DNA of 63,693 nt, the filler included. It is 7 parts of 7 records of this genome, joined end to end, with 100 filler letters (N's around TTAATTAATTAA, not from the genome) between each part and the next. Parts side by side here need not be neighbours in the genome. Positions count along the whole stretch, not along the records: positions 5,718 to 13,690 come from SRR31147125_855; positions 13,791 to 19,224 come from SRR31147125_861; positions 19,325 to 40,096 come from SRR31147125_866; 4 more parts are not named here. The stretch is one strand, 5' to 3'. The notes under the pieces are model-generated. The model did not search any database. It saw only the letters and a list, made by a program, of their open reading frames with translations, and was not told the origin of the DNA. This document shows positions 11,118-21,134 of the stretch, one piece after another. The position numbers were made by a program, and so were the translations under genes. Each line of letters starts with the position of its first letter. The first letter of the stretch is position 1.

Positions 11118-12377
11118 CTATCTCAAATAATTTTTATAAACTTCGTAAGCATAAAATAAATCTAACTTCGTTTCAATTAAATTTAGCTCTGCATTTCTCA
11201 TATCATATTCTGCTTCTAGATAGTCGGTAGAACTTATTAATGAGTTCTCATAACTCTTTTCCTGTAACTCATAATTCTCTTTTGAACTTTCTAGAGCTTT
11301 TTCATTGGCTACTTCAAGTTTCTTTAATCTTATTAATTCTAAATATTGGGATTTCATGTTAAGTTCAATTTCTTCTTCTTTAATCTGCTCCGAATATTCA
11401 GCATTTCTAGTATTATTTTTTGCCTCTTTATAAGCATCCTTATTTTTTCCCCAACTAAATATACTACCTGATATATTTACCCCAACTGACCAAGCGACAT
11501 TTTCACTTTTAAATGATTCAGAGAGATCACCAGTAACGGAATTGATATTACCATAGTCAAATGCCAAATTCACACTTGGATAAAACTCCGCTTTTGCTGT
11601 AGTTTCACTTGCTTTAATAAGTTCTGTACTTAATTTTTGAATTTTTATTTCAATGCTATCGTCAAGCGCTTTTGCTATATCACCATTTAAATCTATACTC
11701 TCAATATCTATCTCAGTAAATTTAATCTCATCTAATTGAAAGTCTGTTCCCTCTGCTATTCCTAGAGAGTTCTCAAGGTTAATCTTAGTTGTTTCAATAT
11801 TGTTATTCTTTTTGATCATTTCTGTATCAAGTTCAATTAATGAATAGCTCAAGTTTAATACTTCTGTTTTTTTCGCCAAACCAAGCTTATATTTTTCTGA
11901 TATTTTCTGATATTGTTTTTCAATTATCTCCTTGGATTTTTCAAGTATTTTAAACTCTTTTTCATATTTATTAAGAGTTATATATGTGTTTATAACCTCC
12001 ATTGCTATTTCATTTTTCTTATCCTCAAGTTCTAAACCACCTTTTTCAAGATATTGCTTTGAGTTCTTTATGGCTATTTGAGTTTTAAATCCATCAAATA
12101 GAGTTTGACTAATTTCCAAATAATATTTGTTAACTAAATCGTCATTTGATTCAATCTTATTTGTTGAACCCACATAGCTTAATTCCGGTAGCGCAGATTT
12201 AAATGCCTGCTCTTTTTGTAACTTATAATTTTCTAGTGAGATTTCTGCTTGCTTAATCTCCTTATCTTCCTCTTTGGCAAGTTTTATAGTTTCCTCAAGG
12301 TTCAGAGTCAATGTTTCTGAATATCCTTTTATACTAAGTAGTGCCAAGAAGATTATTAATGTCTTTTTCTTCATCAC
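11118..12377 (-). CDS. TolC-family outer membrane protein
   Basis: Signal peptide, LNLEETIKLA, helical repeats, FYPSVNL; first large gene of the RND operon. Confidence 0.88.
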   Translation of the reverse strand: MMKKKTLIIFLALLSIKGYSETLTLNLEETIKLAKEEDKEIKQAEISLENYKLQKEQAFKSALPELSYVGSTNKIESNDDLVNKYYLEISQTLFDGFKTQIAIKNSKQYLEKGGLELEDKKNEIAMEVINTYITLNKYEKEFKILEKSKEIIEKQYQKISEKYKLGLAKKTEVLNLSYSLIELDTEMIKKNNNIETTKINLENSLGIAEGTDFQLDEIKFTEIDIESIDLNGDIAKALDDSIEIKIQKLSTELIKASETTAKAEFYPSVNLAFDYGNINSVTGDLSESFKSENVAWSVGVNISGSIFSWGKNKDAYKEAKNNTRNAEYSEQIKEEEIELNMKSQYLELIRLKKLEVANEKALESSKENYELQEKSYENSLISSTDYLEAEYDMRNAELNLIETKLDLFYAYEVYKNYLR

Positions 12378-12393
12378 TTCAACTCCAATTCAT

Positions 12394-12540
12394 CTATTTA
12401 TTATTATTAACTAATATTTGATTACTATCTACTTTTCTAGTAATTTCACTTCTAACAGCATGAATCCCAAGAGCAAATGCCATTACTCCTAAAATTGCAA
12501 CAATGACTATTTTTTTCTCAAATTTAATTCCTCCAGACAT
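12394..12540 (-). CDS. Small (48 aa) single-TM protein upstream of tolC
   Basis: Manual translation MSGGIKFEKKIVIVAILGVMAFALGIHAVRSEITRKVDSNQILVNNNK*; stop 16 bp before tolC start. Confidence 0.5.
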   Translation of the reverse strand: MSGGIKFEKKIVIVAILGVMAFALGIHAVRSEITRKVDSNQILVNNNK

Positions 12541-12773
12541 TTTCATGAATTTTTCACATTTTTTTCATATAATTGTGTAGAGCTACTCTGTATGCATAAC
12601 ACTATCATAAAGCAAAATTTCAAAGTTTAGAATCCTACTATTGGTATAAATTTTGTACTACTCTCTGTATTAAACACAATTAGTACTAATAGTTATAGTA
12701 AGTTAAAGCATTTAAATTCAAAGATTTTGAGATTCAGTATCATTTTACTTAATTAAACATTTGGAGGAGAATA

Positions 12774-13633
12774 ATGAACATAGTTATATATTATTTAAAT
12801 TTTGCAACAGTTTTTTCCTTGGTGATTCTTAATTACATCTTATTTAAATCCAACAAAAATAGATTTGCGCAAGATTTTTTAATAATAAATACTCTTAGCC
12901 TTATCTCATTTATCTGTTTTGTATTTGGTGAATATAGCCAAAGGGCTGTTTTTTACAAACTTAATGCAAGTTTGGATGTTATCGGACTTACATTAATTAT
13001 GTTTCTTGTTTATGAAGCTATTACTCAAAAAAGTTTCAAGTTGAAAATCCATTTCTTAATATCTTCTATAGTTTTAAGTTTTATTAGTTTTATTAGTGAT
13101 GTCTTCTTAAAAAATTTAAGTTTTGATCTTTCTAGACATATTTTTGGTTTTATTTTTCTGATTCTCTCGATGGAGATAATCTTTATTTTGCTTATAAACT
13201 TAAAAAAATCTCTAACGAGACTAAAACTTTTATTATCAGACTTCTTATTTTTATGTTTCTAACAGAAATTTTCGGTAGCATGCTTTCCCTTGTTGTAAAA
13301 ACTCCAAAGGGACTTTGCTCAAAATTTCTACTCAACTTAGTTCTGTTAGTATATATGTTGGGAAAAGTACTTTCTGAAATTGAGCACCTGAGAGGAAACC
13401 ATAAGGAGAAAGAGTTAAATCATTTCAAGAAAGTTGACCCTATCTTTAATGAATATAACTTAACTGAACGGGAAAGAGAGGTAGCTTTACTTGTGTTAAA
13501 GGGAAAAAGTAATCCAGAGATTGCAAACGAACTTTTTATAAGTGTGAATACGGTTAAGATTCATGTATATAATCTTTTTAAAAAATTTGAAGTGAACAAA
13601 AGAAGTGATTTTAAAGAACTAATGAGAATATAG
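12774..13633 (+). CDS. Membrane-anchored LuxR-family regulator (multi-TM N-terminus, C-terminal HTH); frameshift at A-run ~13205
   Basis: GGAGGAG RBS; hydrophobic helices; LTEREREVALLVLKGKSNPEIANELFISVNTVKIHVYNLFKK. Confidence 0.85.
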
Positions 13634-13641
13634 TATTATAT

Positions 13642-13667
13642 GGGCGTGCTTTGCATGCCCTTTTTTT
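13642..13667 (+). terminator. Rho-independent terminator
   Basis: GGGCGTGC-TTT-GCATGCCC followed by T7. Confidence 0.75.
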
Positions 13668-13690
13668 ATGCCATAGTAAAGTATAGATTT

Positions 13691-13790
13691 NNNNNNNNNN
13701 NNNNNNNNNNNNNNNNNNNNNNNNNNNNNNNNNNTTAATTAATTAANNNNNNNNNNNNNNNNNNNNNNNNNNNNNNNNNNNNNNNNNNNN
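13691..13790. other. Artificial contig linker
   Basis: N44-TTAATTAATTAA-N44. Confidence 0.99.
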
Positions 13791-13938
13791 AGTGGATACT
13801 CTTATATATCCAATGATCATGTTGAATCACATCCTTTATGAGTGCATTTATAATAAGATTTATGCACTTTTATTTATGCACTAGTTTTTGCGCCATATAA
13901 CATAGTGAATTATGTATATTTCGATAAGAATTCATGAG

Positions 13939-13962
13939 GTGCAATAAACTATAGTTTTTTTC
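13939..13962 (+). repeat. 24-bp direct repeat, copy 1 (GTGCAATAAACTATAGTTTTTTTC)
   Basis: Identical to 15430-15453; contains the perfect palindrome AAACTATAGTTT. Confidence 0.9.
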
Positions 13963-14354
13963 GCTTATTGTTAAACAGTATTCTAAATGATATTATTCAA
14001 ACTCCGAAAGGTAATATATAATGAAGAGATTCAAGTGAGAAAAATCTTAGGTAAAAATCATTCTCGTTCTCAACTAAACAACTATGTTAATTCTAATAAT
14101 ATTAATAATGCTGTATACAGATTAAATCCAAAGATTATAAATTCGAAATAAAATAGGATTTATGAACTCTAGTTGGGTTCTTTTTTACATTTCAGGACAT
14201 ATGTTCCCTGTTTTTACAAGTTTTTGCATGTTATTATAGATATAATGACAACAAAGAGGGGACATAATTATATAATCCATAATGGAGAGAAACATGAAAA
14301 GATTATTTAGAGCGTTTGATTCACGCGAAATATCACTAATGCGCAATCGAATGA

Positions 14355-14558
14355 AACGTAGAGAGAGGTTTGTGGCATAATAAAGATTTAGGAGGGAATG
14401 AAAGATATTATCCTGACTTTAATCATTTAGCACACGGTGGAAAGAAACATTATGACTATACAGATAAAAATGGCAAAAAATGGCGTATGTATGAAGATGG
14501 AACGGTTGAACCAAAAAATGGACATATGCCTGATGCAAAAACTGAAAATGGAGAGTAA
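14355..14558 (+). pseudogene. Orphan polymorphic-toxin C-terminal tip, Ntox37-like
   Basis: GLWHNKD...YYPDFNH...KHYDYTDKNGKKWRMYEDG resembles the Ntox37 pattern (W-x-N, PD-x-x-H, H-W/Y-DY, R-x-x-x-DG); in-frame stop just upstream, no delivery domain. Confidence 0.6.
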
Positions 14559-14563
14559 AACAA

Positions 14564-15199
14564 ATGCAAATATATGATTATTTGAAATTAAGTGAAGGAG
14601 AAAAAATTGTAAGAGAACAATTGGATATCATTCAAAAAAATAGAAAAGAGAAATTTACAGAAGGTGAAATCAAATATATACTTCATAAATTTATAGATCC
14701 TGAAAGGGTTTTAATTAAAAAATTTTCACAAGTTATATCGATTGATGTAAAAAATAAGTCTATGGTTGAAATATATGATACTATAAAAACTTTTTTCAGT
14801 GATGAAGTATTATTTATAACTAATTGGGACATTGCTAGAAATACTGATGAATGGGCAAAAAGAGATAAGCATTATAATATGCATATTGATAAGAAAATTG
14901 ATAGATGGAGTTTTAACAAAAAAACTGAAGAGTTTTACGTCCCTGAAACATATTATGAAATCATAAAAAAGAACTATGATGAAAGAACATTTTTTAAGAT
15001 CATTGATGAATTTAAAAGTTTTGAGAATTACCATGGATATTTGATAGATAAAACGAAAATTGAATCTTTTAAGCATTATTTGGAATTAAAAGATAAAAAA
15101 AACGCTAAAGATCAATTAATAGATGATTTTAATAAATCAGTTAAAGGATATTTTTCTGGTGTCCATGAATATGAAATTCTATTTGTGGTTCTACAATAA
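14564..15199 (+). CDS. Hypothetical protein, probable cognate immunity protein
   Basis: 211-aa ORF starting 5 bp after the toxin stop, GGAG RBS; no recognised domain. Confidence 0.55.
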   Translation: MQIYDYLKLSEGEKIVREQLDIIQKNRKEKFTEGEIKYILHKFIDPERVLIKKFSQVISIDVKNKSMVEIYDTIKTFFSDEVLFITNWDIARNTDEWAKRDKHYNMHIDKKIDRWSFNKKTEEFYVPETYYEIIKKNYDERTFFKIIDEFKSFENYHGYLIDKTKIESFKHYLELKDKKNAKDQLIDDFNKSVKGYFSGVHEYEILFVVLQ

Positions 15200-15258
15200 A
15201 CATTGATTTAATTAGATTTAGTTTGTTCTTGTCTATATAAATATTTATAAGTGTACTC

Positions 15259-15296
15259 AAGCACCACATGTCACGTTATATGATGTGGTGCTTTTT
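15259..15296 (+). terminator. Rho-independent terminator
   Basis: AAGCACCACAT...ATGTGGTGCTT followed by T-run. Confidence 0.75.
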
Positions 15297-15429
15297 ACGT
15301 AATTTTGTTTCTCAAAATAAAGATAACCTATCATCAATTATGCTAAACACTCTTTGTTTGTATTGTATTTTTGTATTTTGTTTTACTTTATTAAGGAGAT
15401 TTACTACAATATTTTGTAATGATTGAAGC

Positions 15430-15453
15430 GTGCAATAAACTATAGTTTTTTTC
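15430..15453 (+). repeat. 24-bp direct repeat, copy 2
   Basis: Identical to 13939-13962. Confidence 0.9.
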
Positions 15454-15508
15454 ATATACTTAATATATAATATATGTATATTAAACTAATTATTAGTGGG
15501 ACGATAGT

Positions 15509-15666
15509 ATGAGTGATGAAAATAAATCCAACTTAAAAAAACTGATAATACTTGGTAATGTTTTTCAGACATCACACTTAGTTAAAGTTGTAGATGGTTG
15601 GGGAGGTTCAGGCTATCTATATTTTCTGATTCATTTCAACCAGTTGGTATAAAGATAGAGAATTAG
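15509..15666 (+). pseudogene. Short chimeric-looking gene stub (AbiH-like start fused to an unrelated C-terminus)
   Basis: MSDENKSNLKKLIILGN (AbiH proteins typically begin ...LIIGNGFD) then HLVKVVDGWGGSGYLY; ends next to the RBS of the following gene. Confidence 0.35.
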
Positions 15667-15681
15667 TATAGGAGGACACGA

Positions 15682-16251
15682 ATGAAAAAATATTTGATGA
15701 TCCTATTAGTGTCTATTTTATTATCTGGATGTATTGATCAAAAATCTAATAGGGATTTTGTTGGTAAAGAAGGTAATGATTTGTATGATGCTATTGAGAT
15801 TTACACAGAAAATTCTGATATAATTGATGTGATTCTAGTTCACAGAGTAACAGGTGGAGATTTTAAAAGATTTTTGGCGTTTCATGATTTGTCAAGTGAA
15901 TTAGAGTGTGGCAGTGATGCAGATATTATGTTAGTATATGGAGTTGATGCATCTGATAATATTCAGTTATTATTTGTACCCTATAAAGAAGATTATCCTG
16001 TATCTGAAACTTATGGATTAGCAAGTGACATTACTTATTCAGAACTTATAAGTTACTTTGATATTCACTTTTCAGATAATTACAATCTAGAAGATTCTTC
16101 AACTGCAATATTAAGTGTAGATTCATTAGAATCTAACACTGATATAGCACCTCAAGTAATTTCACCTATTGAATTTAATTTAGTATCAAAGAATGGGAAA
16201 AATTTCTTCGTTTATTTTACTGTAGAAGGAATGATGCACATAGAGAACTAA
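15682..16251 (+). CDS. Hypothetical acidic lipoprotein
   Basis: GGAGG RBS; MKKYLMILLVSILLSG-C lipobox. Confidence 0.8.
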   Translation: MKKYLMILLVSILLSGCIDQKSNRDFVGKEGNDLYDAIEIYTENSDIIDVILVHRVTGGDFKRFLAFHDLSSELECGSDADIMLVYGVDASDNIQLLFVPYKEDYPVSETYGLASDITYSELISYFDIHFSDNYNLEDSSTAILSVDSLESNTDIAPQVISPIEFNLVSKNGKNFFVYFTVEGMMHIEN

Positions 16252-16730
16252 TTTCAATATGAATAAGATCCCAAGAGTGGTATTGGTTACTGTTGGTACA
16301 AAAAATAAGACAGTCTCTAAACCCAAAAAAATGACAAAAAAACTTTGTATATTGTGAGATTTATATTTGCATATAAATTTAAAATTTAGAACTGAAAACA
16401 ACACTTTTGTTGTTCTTTCAACAGTTGACCTTGATTCTGTATCTTCTGAGGAATGAGACATGAGGGGAAGAAGATTTTAATATGTCATAAGTTTGATTAA
16501 AATCAATCAAAATAACCACGTTATTTTATTTGAGACATTATATATTTATGACTCCCAGGAAGTTACAGTGTTGGAACTTTTGAAGTGGACTAGAAAGTAT
16601 TAATTGATTTAATTTTTCACGTCATTGTCGGAATGCGAGGTTAAAATGACCGCTATATGTGAAATGCGACCCATTATATGTATAATGAATCCTAGATAAT
16701 ACTAGGATTTTTTTATGTGCAATTATAAAA

Positions 16731-16752
16731 AAAACAGCCCAATAGGGCTGTT
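16731..16752 (-). terminator. Terminator of the nrd operon
   Basis: AACAGCCC-AATA-GGGCTGTT preceded by A-run on + strand. Confidence 0.75.
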
Positions 16753-16753
16753 A

Positions 16754-17017
16754 TCATTTTTTTCCAATATATTTTTCTAAGTATTGTGTCACTTGTGATG
16801 GACCAACATTCACCAATACATCATCGCCACAAATTAAGACTGGCAATGCCAATACTTGATATTTCTTCACCATATCCACAAAAACGTCCGGATTTGCTTC
16901 TTTATCGATAAGTTCAATGTCATCCTTGTATTTATCATTTAAAGCGAATTTTAAGAACATTTTAAGCTTTTGACAGTTTGGACAATTTGGCTTTGTTAAC
17001 ATATAGACTTGACTCAT
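16754..17017 (-). CDS. NrdH-like redoxin / thioredoxin-family protein
   Basis: TKPNCPNC motif, LPVL cis-Pro; coupled to nrdF. Confidence 0.8.
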   Translation of the reverse strand: MSQVYMLTKPNCPNCQKLKMFLKFALNDKYKDDIELIDKEANPDVFVDMVKKYQVLALPVLICGDDVLVNVGPSQVTQYLEKYIGKK

Positions 17018-18128
17018 TTTTTAGCACCTCTTTTTGGTAGATCAAAATAAAAATCTTGATCTTTTAAACTTTCTGATTTCATTTTTTGATAACCATTACC
17101 TTTCATTGAGAAATTATCCATTGTTTTTGTCTCTGTATTAAGACCATTTAGTACTACTGGATTCACTTCTTCATAAGGATATACCGCATCAAAACCTAAA
17201 TTCATTAATGCTTTATTGGCATTATATCTAACAAATACTTTAACATCATGTGTTAAATCTACTGGATCATATATAGTTTCAACAAGTTCTGCTTGTTCTT
17301 TATATAGTTTATGTAATAAATTAAACATCCAACCTTTAAGTTCTTCTTGTTTTTGCGCATCAAATTGTTCAAATAACTCCTGTGCAAGACGTCCGACATA
17401 TAACCCATGAATACTTTCATCTCTTAAAATTAAGTTGATAATTTCTCCAGCTTGCATCAGTTTACCTTGTCCATAATAGTAAAGTGGATAATAAAAACCA
17501 CTATAAAATAACCAAGTCTCTAAAAAGACACTCGCAGTCATCGCTTTCCACTGTGCTTCTAAGAAATCTTCTTCTGTGAAATGCACATGTTCATCATCAT
17601 ATTTTCTTAAATAATTATAGCGATCAAGCACTTCATATGATCCAACAATAAGACTCATTATATTTTGGAGATTTTTGTTTTGTTCTCCCCAATTAAACAA
17701 TTCTTCTATATCAGATGTTGACATATACGTCATAAATATATTTGAGTAACTTTTTGCATGCACAGCATTTTCCATCGCAGCCATAAAGTTAATCACAGCT
17801 TTTCTTTGATGATATTTTTCATCAAGAGAACGTGAAACAACTGGCATCCCTATATCACCTTGATAAGTGTCTAAAAATGTTAAGACAAGTAAGTTTCTTG
17901 AATAAGCCAGTTTGATATCGTCAGGGAGTATTTGCCAGACATTTAAATCCGGTTGTAAACTAATATCTTCAGGTCTCCAAAACTGACTTAAGTTTTGTTC
18001 GTAAAAGAACTGTGTATATGGATCTTCATTTTCATTCCAATTTGCACCACTAAATTCTAATGGTGGTTCAAAATACGGTTTTTTTGGTTGTTGCGTTTTT
18101 TTAGTTGTTTGTTTTTCGTAGCCATCAT
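17014..18128 (-). CDS. nrdF: Class Ib ribonucleotide reductase beta subunit; true start (ATGATGGCT after GGAGG) separated by a homopolymer frameshift
   Basis: FWRPEDI, LDTYQ, MENAVHAKSYS, FLETWLFYSGF, RDESIH, NFSMKGNGY. Confidence 0.93.
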
Positions 18129-18134
18129 ATCCTC

Positions 18135-19224
18135 CTAAACCGCACATGCTTCGCACTCTTCAATTTTTAACTTTTGAGTACGTGTATAATAAAGTGTTTT
18201 AATACCTTGGTAATGTGCATATAAATAATATTTTTGTAAATCTCTTGTTGTTTCTTCAGATGTAATAGCTAATTCAAATGAAATACCTTGATCCACATGT
18301 TTTTGTGCTGTCGCAATCACATCAATAATTTTATAGTTATCCATTTTATATGCTGTTTCATACATAAATTCTGCTGTTTCTAATGCTGGCATTGGAAAAT
18401 ATGTTTTTGAATTCCCATAAGTTCTTTCTTCAACTAATTGTTTAATCGGTGTTAAGGATGGTGTGGCACTCATGACATAACCAATAGATCCATTAGGAGC
18501 AACCGCTAGACGATGAGAGTTATATAGACCATACTTCATCACATCTTCTTTGATTTGTTTCCAGTCTTCATCTGTTGGAATGTATATATCTTTTAAGATG
18601 TCTTTAACTTTATCAGATTTAGGATAAATCGCACCTCTACCTTCAAAATAACTGCCATCTGCATATTTTGTTTTTTCAAATTCAAAGAATTTTTCACCAG
18701 TATCTTTTGCTTTCAACATTGAATGCATTAAACTATAATAATTAACAATATTAAAGAACACATCAATAAGTTCAATATTTTCATCACTACCATATGCAAT
18801 ATAGTTTTCCGAGATAAATCCATGATGTCCCATAATACCAAAACCAACACTACGATTGAGTCGATTGGCCTTTGCAACTGCAGGTACATATGTAATGTTT
18901 GTTTTACGTGATACAGAATTCATAATATCCATTGCAGCAAATACAGTCTCTTTAATCGCATTATGTTTAATCATATTTCCCATATGACCCGATGCAAGGT
19001 TACATGAAATGTCCATACCAATTTCATCTTCATCATGTTTATCATAATCTGCATAATGTGAAGTAATGGTTGGTTGTAAAATCTCTGTACATAAATTTGA
19101 AAATTTAACCGGATTATGCATCGCATTTTGATGATTCACATTATCGCTAAACATAATATATGGATATCCACTTTCACCTTGAAGTGATGCAATCGCATCA
19201 AGTAATTTACGTGGATTTATTTTT
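18135..19224 (-). CDS. nrdE: Class Ib ribonucleotide reductase alpha subunit, C-terminal part
   Basis: ESGYPYIMF, SNLCTEI, SCNLAS, AVAPNGSI, HVDQGIS, KTLYY, C-terminal ECEAC. Confidence 0.94.
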
Positions 19225-19324
19225 NNNNNNNNNNNNNNNNNNNNNNNNNNNNNNNNNNNNNNNNNNNNTTAATTAATTAANNNNNNNNNNNNNNNNNNNN
19301 NNNNNNNNNNNNNNNNNNNNNNNN
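19225..19324. other. Artificial contig linker
   Basis: N44-TTAATTAATTAA-N44. Confidence 0.99.
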
Positions 19325-19427
19325 AAAAACTGAAATGGCGTTGTTTTTATTCTTCGGAGGAATGACAATGGTTACACTGCTAAGATATTTAGGAGTTTTA
19401 TAAGAGGAATTAAATAGTGAATATTGC

Positions 19428-19459
19428 AAGGATACTTTTTTAAGAAGTATCCTTTTTTT
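19428..19459 (+). terminator. Rho-independent terminator after a truncated membrane-protein gene
   Basis: AAGGATACTT...AAGTATCCTT followed by T-run. Confidence 0.7.
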
Positions 19460-19697
19460 GATAAAGATAATATTTGATAATATAATTAGAGTTTGCTTTT
19501 TTATAAAAAGTTTGAGGGATTAAAAGAGGTTGCAGAAAAATTAGTAATAAAATATATATTTAAATTAAGATCAAATAATATGTTTTGTTGACAAAAATAC
19601 CTTCGTTTGCTAAAATGACGTGCAAAAGCATCAAGGTGTTAATTAACTATTTGGTTAATTAAAATTATTGTTATACAATCTATGAGGAGGAACAACT

Positions 19698-20642
19698 ATG
19701 AGAGTACTGATTATGGGTGGAACGCAATTTGTTAGTAGTTCATTAGCACAACATTTGATTAAAAAAGGCTATGATGTAGATATTTTTACAAGAGGAAAAA
19801 TTCCTATAAGTTATAAAGGATATAAAACTCATTTAAAGGGAGATAGAAAATCTCTTGAAGAATTAAAGAAACAGTTAAGCGGAAAACAATATGAATATGT
19901 ATTTGATATTTCAGTTTATACAAAAGACGATATAGTGAAATTTCTTTCAGTATTGGATAAAACGAAACTTAAAAATTATATTTTTTGTAGTTCAGGATCT
20001 GTATATCTTTCTGCTGAAAATTATGAGAGCGAAGATGCTCCCAGAGGAGTAACTGAAGCTTGGGGACAATATGGTTTAGACAAAATGGAGGCAGAGGATT
20101 ATCTGTTTGATTTAAATGAAAAAGAAAACTTTCCTATGACAATATTCAGACCAACATATATATTTGGAGAAGGAAATAATCTCTATAGGGAGATTTATTT
20201 TTTTGATAGAATCCTTACGGGAAAAGATATTCCAATTCCTTATGGAGATAAGAGAGTTTAGTTTATTCACATTGATGACTTGATTAAAACATTTGAAAGT
20301 GCCATAACAGAAAAGAAAGCTATAGGGAATGCGTATAACTTGACTTATTCAGAGTCTATTACATGGCAATATTTATGTGAAACGATATTAGAGGTTACAG
20401 GTGGAAAAGTAAAAGTAACTAAGATTAATTACAACGAAAAAAAGCTTAGTCCGAGAGAATTTTTTCCGTTTAGGGATGTTATGTTTCTTTGTAGTAATGA
20501 AAAATTAAAGAAAGATGGCTTACATGTTCCAGAAATTAATTTAGAAGATGGAATGAAAAGGGCATTCAAATGGTACACAGATAAAAGACCGAAGTTAAGT
20601 GATAGTAAAATGACTGAAATAGACAAGGTGTTAATTAGCTAA
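19698..20642 (+). pseudogene. NAD-dependent epimerase/dehydratase family protein interrupted by one in-frame TAG (20259-20261)
   Basis: GGTQFVSS Rossmann motif, YGLDK; both ORFs share a frame: KRV*FIHIDDLIKTF. Confidence 0.8.
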
Positions 20643-20643
20643 A

Positions 20644-20692
20644 AAATAAAGAAAAGATATCCTACGGTTGGAAGGATATCTTTTCTTTATTT
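20644..20692. terminator. Strong bidirectional terminator
   Basis: 20-bp inverted repeat AAATAAAGAAAAGATATCCT / AGGATATCTTTTCTTTATTT. Confidence 0.85.
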
Positions 20693-20797
20693 ATACTTAA
20701 TTAAGTATAAAATTATTGTTTCTTCAGAGATTTCGAATAATACTTGGGTGGAACGAAACCTCTATTATGCAAAGTTTTAGTAAGTAAATAATAATAA

Positions 20798-20908
20798 CTA
20801 AATTGTAACTGATTTGTTAGCAACGATTTTTCCCATTGCTCCATATTCGTTGTCTGATAAAATTAAAAAATTCGCTACTAAAAACCCAAATACTAATACC
20901 TTCTTCAT
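20798..20908 (-). CDS. 36-aa putative secreted signalling propeptide
   Basis: GAAGGAGA RBS; MKKVLVFGFLVANFLILSDNEYGAMGKIVANKSVTI*; divergent from the HTH-TPR gene. Confidence 0.6.
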   Translation of the reverse strand: MKKVLVFGFLVANFLILSDNEYGAMGKIVANKSVTI

Positions 20909-20983
20909 TGATTCTCCTTCAAAATGTTTTAAAATAGTTTAGCAGGTTAATATTGGGAATCTTAAAAATCTAAAAAAATAGGA

Positions 20984-21024
20984 AAAACTTAAACTGAATT
21001 TCAAGATATTTAAGTTTAAGTTTT
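20984..21024. promoter_or_regulatory. 12-bp inverted repeat, candidate operator
   Basis: AAAACTTAAACT-N17-AGTTTAAGTTTT between the divergent peptide and regulator genes. Confidence 0.45.
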
Positions 21025-21134
21025 AGTGAATAAATCATTTTATAAAAAACTTATAAATGGTATAATTTTATCTATAGACAAGAATTGTAGCAGATGTTAA
21101 TTAACTTTAATAAAAAAGAGGTAGAGATAAACAA

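Noticed and set aside
13939-15453. CRISPR array
   Set aside because: Only two copies ~1.5 kb apart, no 30-40 bp spacers and no cas genes
16186-16461. 91-aa minus-strand ORF as a real gene
   Set aside because: Overlaps the lipoprotein 3' end, no clear RBS or motif; likely spurious or a decayed fragment
17014-18128. Metal-free class Ie RNR beta subunit
   Set aside because: All metal ligands are present (LD, MENAVH, FLE, RDESIH); ordinary class Ib
19698-20642. Alternative genetic code (TAG=Gln or Pyl) on contig 4
   Set aside because: TAG ends several genes normally on this contig and only one internal TAG was seen
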